The notes: generated by a model not told the origin, from the sequence alone. Positions 38,769 to 49,312 are shown, counted from the first letter of the stretch. The stretch is 49,479 nt of DNA from Ruminococcus sp. (GCA_017471345.1 JAFUUV010000002.1:1-49479); one strand, 5' to 3'. Made by a program: numbers and translations.

Positions 38769-38940
38769 AGTGCAGTCGCCTCACTTGTTAAAATTTCTCC
38801 CTTCTATTATAGCAATCACACGGGAAATTGTCCAATCATTTTTAAAAGTTTTCAAAAAAATGTTTACCTTCTTCCGAAAACGTGTTAAAATAAATAGGTT
38901 AATATTGTTTTTAATATTGTTTTTTTCTTGGAGGTTTTCT

Positions 38941-41715
38941 ATGATGTCCGCTCAAGCAACAAAACAGCCGGCAAGAAGTGCCGCGCCGAAGCAGCGCTTT
39001 CGTGAATTCGCGCTGCGCAACCGGTATCTCTGGCTGTCGTTTTTGGTGCCCTTTGTCCTGATGGTGACCGCCTTCGCGCTGATGAGCGTTTCACCCTTCG
39101 GCGACAAACAGATTCTCGTCACCGACCTGTGGCACCAGTACTATCCGTTTCTTGTCGATTTTCAGCACAAGCTGCAGCACGGCGAGTCGTTTTTCTGGAC
39201 GTGGTCTGTCGGCGGCGGCGTCAACTATTTTTCGTTGATGTCCTACTACCTCGCAAGCCCCGTCAACTTCCTCTCGGTCTTTATCCCCGTGGACTGGCTG
39301 CGCGAGTTTTTGATGTTCTCCGTGTGCCTCAAGGTCGCGCTCGGCGGCGCTTTTACCGCCTATTTCCTCAAGAGCGTCTATAAGCGCAACGACGTCACCC
39401 TGGTGATGTTCGCCTGCTGCTTCTCGTTCTGCGCCTTCTTTATGGGCTACTATTGGAACACCATCTGGCTCGACACCGTCTGTATCACGCCGCTGGTCGC
39501 GCTCGGCACCGTCAAGCTCCTCACCGAGAACCGCTTCCGTCTGTTTACCGTTTCGCTGGCGCTCTCGCTGATTATGAACTACTACATCGGTCTGTTCGTC
39601 TGCGTTTTTGTGCTGATGATTTTCATCGGCTACTCCATCGTCTACTGGAGCGGCGTCAAGAGCTTCTTTGTCAACCTGATCAAAACCGGTGTGTTCTCGG
39701 CAATCGCCATCGGTCTGACGACCTTCTTCCTGCTGCCCGCCTTTATGGCGCTGCAAAACACCCACGCCTCCGGCAGCAGCTTCCCCACCTATTTTGCCAT
39801 CAATATCGGCGGCTCCAACGACCTTTGGGGTGTTCTCAAGGCACTCAAAAGCATCACCGGCAGCTTCGCCAACTTTACCTGCTCCGCCAACAAGGCGGCG
39901 GACGCGCTGCCCAACATCTCCTGTTCGGCATTCGCGCTGTTCTTCTGGCTGCTTTCCTTCACCAGCCCGAAAATCCGTACCAGAGAAAAGGTCGTCAGCG
40001 GCGCGCTCGTGTTCTTTATGTTCCTCAGCTGCGTCATCCGACAGCTGGACTACATCTGGCACGGCTTCCACTTCACCAATATGATTCCCTACCGCTTCAC
40101 CTTCCTGATCAGCTTCATCGTCATTGTCATGGCACACCGCGCCTTTATGACGATTGACAGCATCAGCGTCATCGGCGGCATCATCGCCTCGGCGCTGAGC
40201 ATCATTGTCGTCATGCTGGGCGTCGGCGACGTGCCTACCGACAAGATGTTTACCGACCATCCCGACTGGCTCTATCCCACGCTGATTGCCAGCGCCGCGC
40301 TGCTGACCTTTATCAGCATGGTCGTGCTGCTGTACACGCGGCGGATTATTCCGAAAAACGTCATGGTCATCGCCCTGATGATTGTCACCATCGGTCAGAG
40401 CGGCGTCACCGCCTACTTCGGCGTCAACCGCACCACCGTCACCACGACCATGGACTATCCGCGCGGCGGCGTCAACACCGCGAGCGTCATCAATTACATG
40501 GACAACCTCGAGAAGAACACGCCGGAGCTGTGGCGGGCGGAGATGACCACCACCCAGACGCTCAACGACGGCGCCATCAATCACTACAACGGCTTGTCGA
40601 TGTTCAACTCCATGGCAAACGAGAACATGACGCGCTTCTTTGAGAACTTCGGCATGATGGGCTGGAAGAGCGGCAACCGCTACACCTACGCCGAAAGCTC
40701 GCCCGTCACCAACCTCTTTATGAACCTCAAATACCTGATTGCCCGCAACGGCACGGTGAACAATACCTACGACTTCACCGACGTCACCACCATCGGCGGC
40801 GTCAAGTTAGCGGAGAACACGCACTACATCCCGATGGGCTTCATCACCGACCGGGCGCTGATGAACTGGCAGGAAAACGACAACGAGGATCAGTTCAATC
40901 CCTTTGACCAGCAAAACGAGTTTTTCCAGGACGCCACCGGCATCCACGCCAATGTCTATGAGCGTCTTGAGGTCGTTTCGCAGGGACACACCGACGCGTC
41001 GCAGTTCGCCGTCAACAAAACCGAATACGGCCTTTACAGCTTCAACTGCATTGACACCTCCATCACGCCGCACGTCAAGTGGAATTACGAGGCGCCGCAG
41101 GACGGCTTGTATATGATGTATGCCGACATTCAGGACGGCGACGACGTCACCATCATGCGCAACGATACCGCCCAGCCGGCGAAGTACGGCATGGCGCGTT
41201 CCTATATCGCCTGCATCGGCTACTTCAACAAGGGCGATAAAATTTCGGTCTATGCTGACCTCAAGCAAGGCTCCTCAGGCACCGCGCGTGTCTATGTGGA
41301 TATGCTCAACCAAAGCGTCTTTGAGGCAGGCTACGAAAAGCTTACCGAGAGCGTCATGACCACCACCTCGCTGACCTCCAGCTCCATGCAGGGCACCATC
41401 GACGTCAAAAAGGCAGGTCTGTTCTACACCTCCGTTCCCTATGAGAAGGGCTGGACGGCACGCGTTGACGGCAAGGAAGTCAAAATCACGCCCGTCGGCA
41501 ACTCGCTGCTGGCGTTTCCGCTGTCCGAGGGCGAGCATGAGATTTCGCTCAATTACTATCCCAACGGCTTCTGGCCGGGCTTTGCGGTGTCGGTAATCTG
41601 TGCCGCGCTCTTTGCCGGTATGTGTGTGCTTACCTATGTGCTCAAGAAAAAGCTGATTCCCGATCCGGTCTTTACCTCGCAGATTTCCGAAGAGGAAACA
41701 ACCGAAGCGTTATAA
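38941..41715 (+). CDS. YfhO-family multi-pass membrane glycosyltransferase (GT-C)
   Basis: DLWHQYYPF, YYLASP, NYYIG, WHGFHFTNMIPYRF, SVPYEKGWTARVDGK. Confidence 0.9.
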   Translation: MMSAQATKQPARSAAPKQRFREFALRNRYLWLSFLVPFVLMVTAFALMSVSPFGDKQILVTDLWHQYYPFLVDFQHKLQHGESFFWTWSVGGGVNYFSLMSYYLASPVNFLSVFIPVDWLREFLMFSVCLKVALGGAFTAYFLKSVYKRNDVTLVMFACCFSFCAFFMGYYWNTIWLDTVCITPLVALGTVKLLTENRFRLFTVSLALSLIMNYYIGLFVCVFVLMIFIGYSIVYWSGVKSFFVNLIKTGVFSAIAIGLTTFFLLPAFMALQNTHASGSSFPTYFAINIGGSNDLWGVLKALKSITGSFANFTCSANKAADALPNISCSAFALFFWLLSFTSPKIRTREKVVSGALVFFMFLSCVIRQLDYIWHGFHFTNMIPYRFTFLISFIVIVMAHRAFMTIDSISVIGGIIASALSIIVVMLGVGDVPTDKMFTDHPDWLYPTLIASAALLTFISMVVLLYTRRIIPKNVMVIALMIVTIGQSGVTAYFGVNRTTVTTTMDYPRGGVNTASVINYMDNLEKNTPELWRAEMTTTQTLNDGAINHYNGLSMFNSMANENMTRFFENFGMMGWKSGNRYTYAESSPVTNLFMNLKYLIARNGTVNNTYDFTDVTTIGGVKLAENTHYIPMGFITDRALMNWQENDNEDQFNPFDQQNEFFQDATGIHANVYERLEVVSQGHTDASQFAVNKTEYGLYSFNCIDTSITPHVKWNYEAPQDGLYMMYADIQDGDDVTIMRNDTAQPAKYGMARSYIACIGYFNKGDKISVYADLKQGSSGTARVYVDMLNQSVFEAGYEKLTESVMTTTSLTSSSMQGTIDVKKAGLFYTSVPYEKGWTARVDGKEVKITPVGNSLLAFPLSEGEHEISLNYYPNGFWPGFAVSVICAALFAGMCVLTYVLKKKLIPDPVFTSQISEEETTEAL

Positions 41716-41722
41716 AACCACT

Positions 41723-41756
41723 ACCGCCCTTCCGGCAAAACGGAGGGGCGGTTTTT
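41723..41756 (+). terminator. Rho-independent terminator
   Basis: accgcccttccg-gcaaaa-cggaggggcggt followed by tttt. Confidence 0.8.
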
Positions 41757-41792
41757 AGCACGCGTATTTCAGCACGCGTTTTTTAGCACGCG
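41752..41792. repeat. 3x ~14-bp tandem repeat (tttYagcacgcg)
   Basis: tttttagcacgcg tatttcagcacgcg ttttttagcacgcg. Confidence 0.7.
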
Positions 41793-41891
41793 GACTATAC
41801 GTCGGTGGCTTTGGAAGTGTCGCGTTTACGCGACAGATGTTCATCAGAATCTTACTTTTGGCTACTGTTATGGTGAAAGTGAAACCTGACC

Positions 41892-41967
41892 GTAGGGGAC
41901 GGCATCCTTGACGTCCCACTGCTCAAAACGTCAGGCTTTCAGGGACGTCCGGGAAGCCGTCCCCTAC
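41892..41967. repeat. Inverted GTAG-type REP doublet (REPIN-like)
   Basis: GTAGGGGACGGCATCCTTGACGTCCC ... GGGACGTCCGGGAAGCCGTCCCCTAC. Confidence 0.75.
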
Positions 41968-42029
41968 ATCATGGTTGATGCTGGATGGTTTCAGTTTTAC
42001 GGATTCAGGTAAAAAATTATGAAATGCAA

Positions 42030-42058
42030 TTGACGAAATGCGGAAAATAAGCTAAAAT
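42030..42058 (+). promoter_or_regulatory. Sigma-A promoter
   Basis: TTGACG-17 bp-TAAAAT upstream of the GTG at 42090. Confidence 0.65.
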
Positions 42059-42089
42059 TATACTGTATACCCACAAGTAAGGTGATAGA

Positions 42090-43328
42090 GTGACAGAAAG
42101 AATCAGGAAAACAATCATTATCATCTCGGCGTCGGTATGTCTCCTTGCGGTCGCCATGCTGATTGTGCTGAACAGCGGATTGATTATGCCGCGCTGGGCG
42201 TATTTTTTTCGTCCGGAGCCGACGCTCAGCCGCAGCCTCGGCGAGCAGCGCGACACAGCCGAGCGTGAGCCGTTGGAGATAACCTGCGCGCGCGATACGC
42301 TCGACGAGGATTTGCGGCAGGTGTATGACCAAATCGGCACGCAGCTCTCGCAGGCGTACAGCGAATACTTCACCGCCGACTGCACCGCCGAAAATTTCCG
42401 CAGGACAATGGTGGCTTATTTAGCGGATCACCCCGAGGTGTTCTGGCTGAGTCCCGAGAGCGTTTACGCCTACATAGACTACGGCGACAGCGTTGACGTG
42501 GAGCTGCGGTACGCCTTTGAGGGCGACGACCTCCGCGAAATGCAGGACAAGGTGCACGCCGCCGCGACAGCGGTGATTGACGAAGCGCCGCAGACCGCCT
42601 CGGATTACGAGCTGGAGCTGTATTTCAACGATTACCTCATCAATCATATTACCTATGATAAAGAGACGTCCATGCCGCGCAACGTCTACGGCGGACTGGT
42701 CAACGGCAGGGCGGTCTGCGCCGGCTACTCAAAAGCGTTTCAGTATCTCTGCAACCGCGCCGGAATTATGTGCACCTCTCTGTTCGGCGATATTCTCCGC
42801 ACGGACGAAAACACCGAGCTGGAAACCACCCTGCATTCCTGGAACTGCATCCGGCTCGACGGCGACTGGTACCACATCGACGTGACATGGAACGATTCCA
42901 AAAATGCCGCCTATTCCCACGCGTACTTCAACCTCACCGATGACGCCATCCGAAAAACCCACGCGGTCAGTCCGCTTTACAGCGGGGAGGAGGAAAGCGA
43001 CGTTTTCAATTGCTTCATTCCGGAATGTACCGCGACAGAATATGATTACTTCAACAAAACCGGCGTCACCATCACCGACCTCGATGACGACAACGACGTC
43101 ATCGCCGCTGTGATTGCCGCGTCCCGTGACCACCGCTCCTGCGCGGAGATGCGCGTGGCGGAGAATTTGGATTTTGACGCGACAGCGCAGGCAATCGGCG
43201 ACGCCTACGCCTTCAAATGGCTGGAGGCGGCAAATCATTACAACCACGACAACCCCTCGTTCACGCCGTCGGACTATGTTATCTACAAACGGCTGCGCGT
43301 CATCAACCTTCAACTGAAATATCAATAA
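42090..43328 (+). CDS. Membrane-anchored transglutaminase-like protein
   Basis: N-terminal TM, DHPEVFW, AVCAGYSKAF, HSWN, HIDVTWND. Confidence 0.88.
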   Translation: MTERIRKTIIIISASVCLLAVAMLIVLNSGLIMPRWAYFFRPEPTLSRSLGEQRDTAEREPLEITCARDTLDEDLRQVYDQIGTQLSQAYSEYFTADCTAENFRRTMVAYLADHPEVFWLSPESVYAYIDYGDSVDVELRYAFEGDDLREMQDKVHAAATAVIDEAPQTASDYELELYFNDYLINHITYDKETSMPRNVYGGLVNGRAVCAGYSKAFQYLCNRAGIMCTSLFGDILRTDENTELETTLHSWNCIRLDGDWYHIDVTWNDSKNAAYSHAYFNLTDDAIRKTHAVSPLYSGEEESDVFNCFIPECTATEYDYFNKTGVTITDLDDDNDVIAAVIAASRDHRSCAEMRVAENLDFDATAQAIGDAYAFKWLEAANHYNHDNPSFTPSDYVIYKRLRVINLQLKYQ

Positions 43329-43333
43329 CGCTT

Positions 43334-44590
43334 ATGAAAAAAAGACTGACAATGCTGTCGGCTGTGCTGATGCTGACGCTGACGCTCACCGCCTGCGATA
43401 TGCAGGGCTTTGCTGAAAACTTTTTGAATAATACCATGCCCACGACCAACATCGAGCTCGAAAGCGAGGCGGTCATGCGGCAGAAAAACCTCTCGGGCTA
43501 CGGCTATGAAGCGCTCCAAACCGACGAGGAGCGCCGTGTGTACGCGCTGCTCGACGCCGGACTGTCCTCGCTGTGCGCGCCGGAATTTGTGATTTATGAC
43601 CAGGAAACCCTCGACAATATGGGCAGCATTCTCGAAATGTATAAGAGCGACCACCCCGAGGTGTTCTGGATTGACGACAACTACGGCTACGAGTACACCC
43701 AGTATCCCACCTACACCGCTGTCAAGGTGCTCACGACCGTGGAGTATGACGAGCTCATACAGGCGCACCGGATTTTTGAAGCCGCCGTGGAGGATTTCTT
43801 CGCGGAAATGCCCTCCGACCTTTCCGACTACCGCAAGGAGCTGTATATCAACGACCGCCTCCTTGCCCTCTGCGCCTACGATGACGACGCGGCAAAGCAG
43901 GAAAAGGTGGTCGGCAACGAACAGAACGCCTACGGCGCGCTGGTGGATCACAAGGCGGTCTGCGAGGGCTACACCCGTGCCTTCCAGCTGTTGTGCACCC
44001 GCGCCGGCATTCCCTGTATCTCCGTCAACGGCGTTTGCGACGGCAGCCGCTCCGGCATCAGCGGCAATCACATCTGGAACGCCGTGCGGCTGGACGGCGA
44101 CTGGTACTATGTGGACGCGACGTGGAATGACTTCACACCGGAGGAAAGCGACTACAAGCTGACCGATATCGAAAAACATCTTTATTTCAACGTCACCACC
44201 GAGCGCTTGGAGCGTGACCACGCCATCAATCCTGCCTACGGCGCCGACGGCAAGGCGGATTACTATAACGCGTTTGTGCCGGAATGCACGGCGGAGAAGT
44301 ATAATTATTTCCACCGCAGCGTACCGGCGCTGACCGATTTAGACGACTGCGACGAATTTCTCAGCGCCTTTACCGCCGCCGCCGCCAACGGCGACGAAAC
44401 GTTTTCGTTCCGCGTCAGCGACAATTTAGACTATGGCGACACGATGGAGGAAATCACCAACGGCTACGCCGTCAGCTGGATTGACTACAGCAACAGCGTC
44501 AACGATGACGACCACCAGCTCAGCGAGAAAAGCCTTGTCTTTTCTTACGAGGAGATGAACGTCGCCGCGTTCAGCTTTATTTACCGCTAA
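43334..44590 (+). CDS. Transglutaminase-like lipoprotein (paralog of the upstream gene)
   Basis: MKKR...LTAC lipobox, DHPEVFW, AVCEGYTRAF, HIWN, YVDATWND. Confidence 0.88.
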   Translation: MKKRLTMLSAVLMLTLTLTACDMQGFAENFLNNTMPTTNIELESEAVMRQKNLSGYGYEALQTDEERRVYALLDAGLSSLCAPEFVIYDQETLDNMGSILEMYKSDHPEVFWIDDNYGYEYTQYPTYTAVKVLTTVEYDELIQAHRIFEAAVEDFFAEMPSDLSDYRKELYINDRLLALCAYDDDAAKQEKVVGNEQNAYGALVDHKAVCEGYTRAFQLLCTRAGIPCISVNGVCDGSRSGISGNHIWNAVRLDGDWYYVDATWNDFTPEESDYKLTDIEKHLYFNVTTERLERDHAINPAYGADGKADYYNAFVPECTAEKYNYFHRSVPALTDLDDCDEFLSAFTAAAANGDETFSFRVSDNLDYGDTMEEITNGYAVSWIDYSNSVNDDDHQLSEKSLVFSYEEMNVAAFSFIYR

Positions 44591-44644
44591 CCCCGTCGCG
44601 GAAAAAACCTTCCCACGACGCAACTGCACAGAAAGGATGATTCC

Positions 44645-45403
44645 ATGAAATATGACATTCGTAAGCTGCGGCTGCTTTCCAACGCGGAAATCGCCCAAGG
44701 TATCTTTGATATGCGGCTTGACTACAGCGACAATCCGCTGCCCGTCGCCTGCGGACAATTCGCGCACGTGTACGTGCCCGGCAAAAGCCTGCGCCGCCCG
44801 ATTTCCGTCTGCGACGCGCGTGACGGCGTGCTGCGGCTGGTCTATCAGGTCAAGGGCGAGGGCACGCGCATCATGTCGCAAATGCAGCCCGGCGCCATGG
44901 TCGATGTGCTGGCGCCGCTCGGCAACGGCTTTTCCATTGACAGCGGCAAGCGCTACGCGCTCATCGGCGGCGGCATCGGCGTTCCGCCCATGCTCTACAC
45001 CGCCGCGCAGTGCGACCATCCGCTCGTCATCTCCGGCTTCCGCAACGCGTCGCTCGTGATTTTGCAGGACGACTTCCGCCGCGCCGGCGCGGAAACGCTG
45101 CTGTGCACCGACGACGGCTCCGCCGGTCAAAAGGGCTTTGTCACCGATTTGCTGCGCGAAAATATCAGCGCGGTGGACGCGGTCTGCGCCTGCGGTCCCA
45201 CGCCTATGCTGCGCGCGGTTGCCGCGGTCTGCGCCGAGCTGGGCAAGCCCTGCCAGATTTCCCTTGAGGAGCGCATGGCGTGCGGCATCGGCGCCTGTCT
45301 GGTCTGCGCGGTCAGGGTGCGCAAAGACGGCGAGGAAATCATGCAGCACGTCTGCAAAAACGGTCCTGTATTCAACGCGGAGGAGGTAGTGTTCCATGGC
45401 TGA
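44645..45403 (+). CDS. pyrK: Dihydroorotate dehydrogenase electron transfer subunit
   Basis: GQF, LRRPIS, PLGNGF, GGGIGVPP, CGP, EERMACGIGACLVC...VCKNGPVF. Confidence 0.95.
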   Translation: MKYDIRKLRLLSNAEIAQGIFDMRLDYSDNPLPVACGQFAHVYVPGKSLRRPISVCDARDGVLRLVYQVKGEGTRIMSQMQPGAMVDVLAPLGNGFSIDSGKRYALIGGGIGVPPMLYTAAQCDHPLVISGFRNASLVILQDDFRRAGAETLLCTDDGSAGQKGFVTDLLRENISAVDAVCACGPTPMLRAVAAVCAELGKPCQISLEERMACGIGACLVCAVRVRKDGEEIMQHVCKNGPVFNAEEVVFHG

Positions 45404-46307
45404 TTTATCTGTAAAGGTCGCCGGCGTGACGTTCGCGAATCCGCTGATTGCCGCTTCCGGCACCTTCGGCTTCGGTCGGGAGTTCGCGGAGTTCTATCCG
45501 CTCTCCAAGCTCGGCGGCGTCTCCTGCAAGGGCATCACCCTGAAGCGCCGCGACGGCAATCCGCCGCCGCGTATCGCCGAAACACCCTCCGGCATTCTCA
45601 ACGCCGTCGGGCTGCAAAACCCCGGCGTGGATGTTTTTATCCGCGAGGACTTGCCGTGGCTGAAACAGCAAAACACCGTTGTCATCGCCAACATCGCCGG
45701 CAACACCGTCGAGGACTACTGTCAGATGGCGGAAAAGCTCAGCGAAACCGACGTGGATATGCTCGAGCTCAACATTTCCTGCCCCAACGTCAAGAGCGGC
45801 GGCGTGCAGTTCGGCACCAGCTGTGAGTCCGTGGGCAACATCACCAAAGAGGTGCGCGCGCATTGCCGCAAGCCCTTGGTTGTCAAGCTCAGCCCCAATG
45901 TCACCGACATCGCTTCCATCGCGCAGGCGGCGGAGGCGGAGGGAGCCGACGCGGTTTCGATGATCAACACCCTCACCGGCATGAAAATCGACATTCACAC
46001 CCGTCGTCCCGTCATCCGCAACAACACCGGCGGACTCAGCGGCGCGGCAGTCTTTCCGGTCGCGGTGCGCATGGTCTGGCAGGTTGCCAACGCCGTCAAA
46101 ATCCCGATTATCGGCATGGGCGGCATCACCACCTGGGAGGACGCGGTGGAGATGATGATGGCAGGCGCCACCGCGCTGCAAATCGGCACCGTCCTCTTCT
46201 CGGATCCCTACGCACCCGTCAAAATCACCGAGGGGCTCAACCGCTTCCTCGAAGAAAACCACATTTCTTCCGTTACGGAGCTGACCGGTACTGTCATTCC
46301 GTGGTAA
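45396..46307 (+). CDS. pyrD: Dihydroorotate dehydrogenase (NAD+), class 1B catalytic subunit
   Basis: ASGTFGFG, GNPPPR, NAVGLQNPG, NISCPNV, KLSPN, GGLSG. Confidence 0.96.
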   Translation: MADLSVKVAGVTFANPLIAASGTFGFGREFAEFYPLSKLGGVSCKGITLKRRDGNPPPRIAETPSGILNAVGLQNPGVDVFIREDLPWLKQQNTVVIANIAGNTVEDYCQMAEKLSETDVDMLELNISCPNVKSGGVQFGTSCESVGNITKEVRAHCRKPLVVKLSPNVTDIASIAQAAEAEGADAVSMINTLTGMKIDIHTRRPVIRNNTGGLSGAAVFPVAVRMVWQVANAVKIPIIGMGGITTWEDAVEMMMAGATALQIGTVLFSDPYAPVKITEGLNRFLEENHISSVTELTGTVIPW

Positions 46308-46361
46308 GGAAACCTCATTTTCATATTATTTTTCACATCAAGGCAAGGAGAAAAACGGCAA

Positions 46362-47201
46362 ATGGACTATCAATATGATGTTGTGAATTATGATAAAAAT
46401 ATTCCCGCAACAATTATGTACCTCAACCTCTCATCCGACACACGCAAAACAGAGCTGCAATGGCACCGCGAGCCCGAGCTGGTCTATGTCATCGAGGGCA
46501 GAAGCGAATGCAGCCGCAACGGCGAAATCAAAATCGTAGAGAAGGGTGATTTCATCCTCTTCAACAGCGAGGACGTTCACCTTGTTCGTCCGGTAGCCGA
46601 CACCAGCTGCCGCCTGCTGTGCATCAATCTCTCTTTCGAGTATATGCGTATGTTCTGCAAGAGCGTCGACAGCGTCTTTTTTGATGTCGGCGACAATCCC
46701 GAGCTGCACGAGCGCATCGCGTTTCTGCTGCGCAGCATCGCGGAGCTTGACCTCGAAAGCGACTATGTCTCGCTGATGCAGATTTCGCATATCAACCAGA
46801 TTTATTACCTGCTGCTCAGCCGCTGTATGTGCTTCCGCCGTTCCGCGGAGTCGTCGGCGTTGCCAAAGCGTGATTTCTCCTACGCCAAGACAGCGATTGC
46901 GTATATTAATGAAAACTTCCGCCGCGAAATTCCGCTTGACGAGATTTCGTCGGTGGTCAACCTCTCACCCTCATATTTTTCCAAGTATTTCAAGAGCGTC
47001 ACGCAGGTCAGCTTTTCGGAGTATCTCGCGAATCTCCGCCTGGAAAACGCCATCAATGATATGCTGACCGGCAACGCCACCGTTTCCACCGCAGCGATGG
47101 AAAACGGCTTTGCCAACGTCAAATCCTTCATCACCCAGTGCAAGAAAATCTATCACTGCACCCCCGCGCAGTACAAAAAACGCCTGATTAACAGGGCGTA
47201 A
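46362..47201 (+). CDS. AraC-family transcriptional regulator (cupin + HTH)
   Basis: QWHREPEL cupin motif; YINENF...LSPSYFSKYFK...ENGF...TPAQYKK. Confidence 0.93.
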   Translation: MDYQYDVVNYDKNIPATIMYLNLSSDTRKTELQWHREPELVYVIEGRSECSRNGEIKIVEKGDFILFNSEDVHLVRPVADTSCRLLCINLSFEYMRMFCKSVDSVFFDVGDNPELHERIAFLLRSIAELDLESDYVSLMQISHINQIYYLLLSRCMCFRRSAESSALPKRDFSYAKTAIAYINENFRREIPLDEISSVVNLSPSYFSKYFKSVTQVSFSEYLANLRLENAINDMLTGNATVSTAAMENGFANVKSFITQCKKIYHCTPAQYKKRLINRA

Positions 47202-47423
47202 ATCCTTCGCGCGTTTCATGTCATCCTGAGCAGCGACAGCGCAAGGAGAAGAGCTGCGGCTGCCCGCTTTGACAGCCGTCGGTGCCCCGAGAGGGGCATT
47301 TCTTGCAAATTGAACAATATTTTGCAGGCTGCACAACGGCAAAGCACACGCAAAATAATTCCGAAAAGAAAATATAGCCAAATTATTTGTGCTATCTATA
47401 CAAAACAACACGCTCTTTTTCGT

Positions 47424-47452
47424 TTGACATTACCAAAGCACCGCGTTATAAT
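47424..47452 (+). promoter_or_regulatory. Consensus sigma-A promoter
   Basis: TTGACA-17 bp-TATAAT. Confidence 0.75.
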
Positions 47453-47527
47453 ACCGGACAATACAGGACGGACGCCCGTCGTCCTTCCTGCAAAACGCAT
47501 GGTAACAGCGAAAAGGAGTGTTTCATT

Positions 47528-48655
47528 ATGGCACGACATCCACATAAAACCAACCGTTTTTTCTCCGCCATCGCCATCGCCCTCGCGGCGCTGACCGCCG
47601 GCGGTACGGTGCTCGCTTCGGCTGCCGCGACAACGCCCGACAGCATCCGCTACACGGAAAAGACGGTCAATGATACATCTGTTTATGAAAAGCTCAGCGA
47701 GGGCGGCGACTACCACGTCATCGCCGCGCATGAGGTCACTGTCGTCAACGGCGACACCTCCGTGAAGGTGCTGGCACGCGACTGCCGTGTCGCCGACGTC
47801 CTCGAAACCGCCGGCATCACCCTCGGCAGCCGTCAGATTACCTACCCTCCCATGGGCAGCCCCATCACCGGCGACTGTGAGGTACGCGTCCTCGACGCGA
47901 AGTTAGTGCCGGTCACCGCCGACGGCATGACAAAAAATGTCCTGCTTCCCGACGGTATGGTTGCCGAAAGCCTCCTTCAAGGCGGCGTCGAGCTCGGCAA
48001 GGAGGATATCCTCAACGTTGACCGCACCGCGTCCATGCAGGACGTTGACGCGATCACCATCCAACGCGTCACCTACGCCAACGAGACCGTCTCCGAAAAA
48101 ATCCCCTATGATTCCGTCAAGGAGAACGACGATTCCATCGACCTCGGCGACACCAAGCGCAAAACCGAGGGCGTGGACGGTGAAAAGGCGGTTGTCAAGC
48201 GTGTCCGCTATATCGACGGCAAGCGTGACAGCGCCGAGACCATCGCCGAAAAGGTGGTCAGAAAGCCTGTGGACGAGGTCAACCTCGTCGGCACCAAGGG
48301 AGCCGGTACCGCCGGCGGCGCGGGCAGCTTCACCGACGAAAACGGCGTCAAGGTTTCCTATCAATATGTATTGACCGGCTCCGGCACGGCTTACACCGCT
48401 CCGGCAGGCGCGACCACCGCCACCGGCAAGGCGGTCTATGAGGGCGGCGTCGCGGTCAATCCCGACCTGATTCCCTACGGCTCCAAGCTGTATATCGAGT
48501 CCACCGACGGCAGCGTTGTTTACGGCTACGCCACCGCCATTGATACCGGCGGCGCTCTGATGGACGGCTCCGCGATTGTCGATGTGTTCTACTTCTCGCT
48601 CGATCAGTGCTATCAGTGGGGCAGACGCGAAGTGAACGTGTATGTCATCGGGTAA
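47528..48655 (+). CDS. YabE/Sps-like cell-wall protein (DUF348 x2, G5, 3D domain)
   Basis: Signal/TM, VADVLETAGITL, G5 (TEGVDGEK...VGTK), 3D (TAY...AVNPDLIPYGS...AIDTGG...VDVF); AAGGAG RBS. Confidence 0.88.
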   Translation: MARHPHKTNRFFSAIAIALAALTAGGTVLASAAATTPDSIRYTEKTVNDTSVYEKLSEGGDYHVIAAHEVTVVNGDTSVKVLARDCRVADVLETAGITLGSRQITYPPMGSPITGDCEVRVLDAKLVPVTADGMTKNVLLPDGMVAESLLQGGVELGKEDILNVDRTASMQDVDAITIQRVTYANETVSEKIPYDSVKENDDSIDLGDTKRKTEGVDGEKAVVKRVRYIDGKRDSAETIAEKVVRKPVDEVNLVGTKGAGTAGGAGSFTDENGVKVSYQYVLTGSGTAYTAPAGATTATGKAVYEGGVAVNPDLIPYGSKLYIESTDGSVVYGYATAIDTGGALMDGSAIVDVFYFSLDQCYQWGRREVNVYVIG

Positions 48656-48769
48656 TACGCGTCGTGCATCCCGCCCCTTAAAAAACAGTTGATTTCTGAA
48701 AAGTTTTCATGTATAATAGGTGATGTACTTTGCACGTCACCTATTTTTATTTGAAAAGGAAGGATTTTT

Positions 48770-49303
48770 ATGAAAAAGCTGATTGCCGCGCTGCTTGCGG
48801 CTGTGACAATAGCCGCCTTCGCCACCGGCTGTATGGGCGGCACACCGGCTCCCAAGGTCGCGACCTCCGACGAGGCGCAAAGCAAGGACGCTGCCGATTA
48901 CGAAAATACCTTTGCCGGTCTCTGCAACTACCTCTGGGCATACGGCTATATCAATCCGCACGAGGATAACGCCGATATTACCTATATCACCATGGACTAC
49001 GACCTCATCGGCGCGGTCAAGGGCAGAAAATATACCGAGCAGACCAAAAAGAAGGCTTCCATCGAAATCTATGAGTTCGATACCGCCAAGTCCAACGCCA
49101 CCGCCGACGAGGTGATCAACAGCATCAGGAAGGACGGCACCTTCACCATCCTCGATTTGCCGCCCGTCAAGGCGACGCTCTCCAACAACGGCAAGTATAT
49201 GATGGTGTATCAGGACACCACCATCAAGGAGGACGACCCCGAAAACGAGGCGTACAAGCTCCGCGAGGAAATCACCACCCTGTTCAAGGAGTTCCATCAG
49301 TAA
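48770..49303 (+). CDS. Uncharacterised lipoprotein
   Basis: MKKLIAALL...ATGC lipobox; AGGAAGGA RBS. Confidence 0.8.
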   Translation: MKKLIAALLAAVTIAAFATGCMGGTPAPKVATSDEAQSKDAADYENTFAGLCNYLWAYGYINPHEDNADITYITMDYDLIGAVKGRKYTEQTKKKASIEIYEFDTAKSNATADEVINSIRKDGTFTILDLPPVKATLSNNGKYMMVYQDTTIKEDDPENEAYKLREEITTLFKEFHQ

Positions 49304-49312
49304 TACTATTAT

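Noticed and set aside
41752-41792. Possible CRISPR-like repeat
   Set aside because: Units are ~14 bp with no spacers and there are no cas genes
47219-47300. TGTCATCCTGAGC REP-like start (similar TGTCATTCCGA at 37723) or possible riboswitch upstream of the 3D gene
   Set aside because: No partner arm or complete motif; it lies upstream of the predicted promoter, so it is not in the leader
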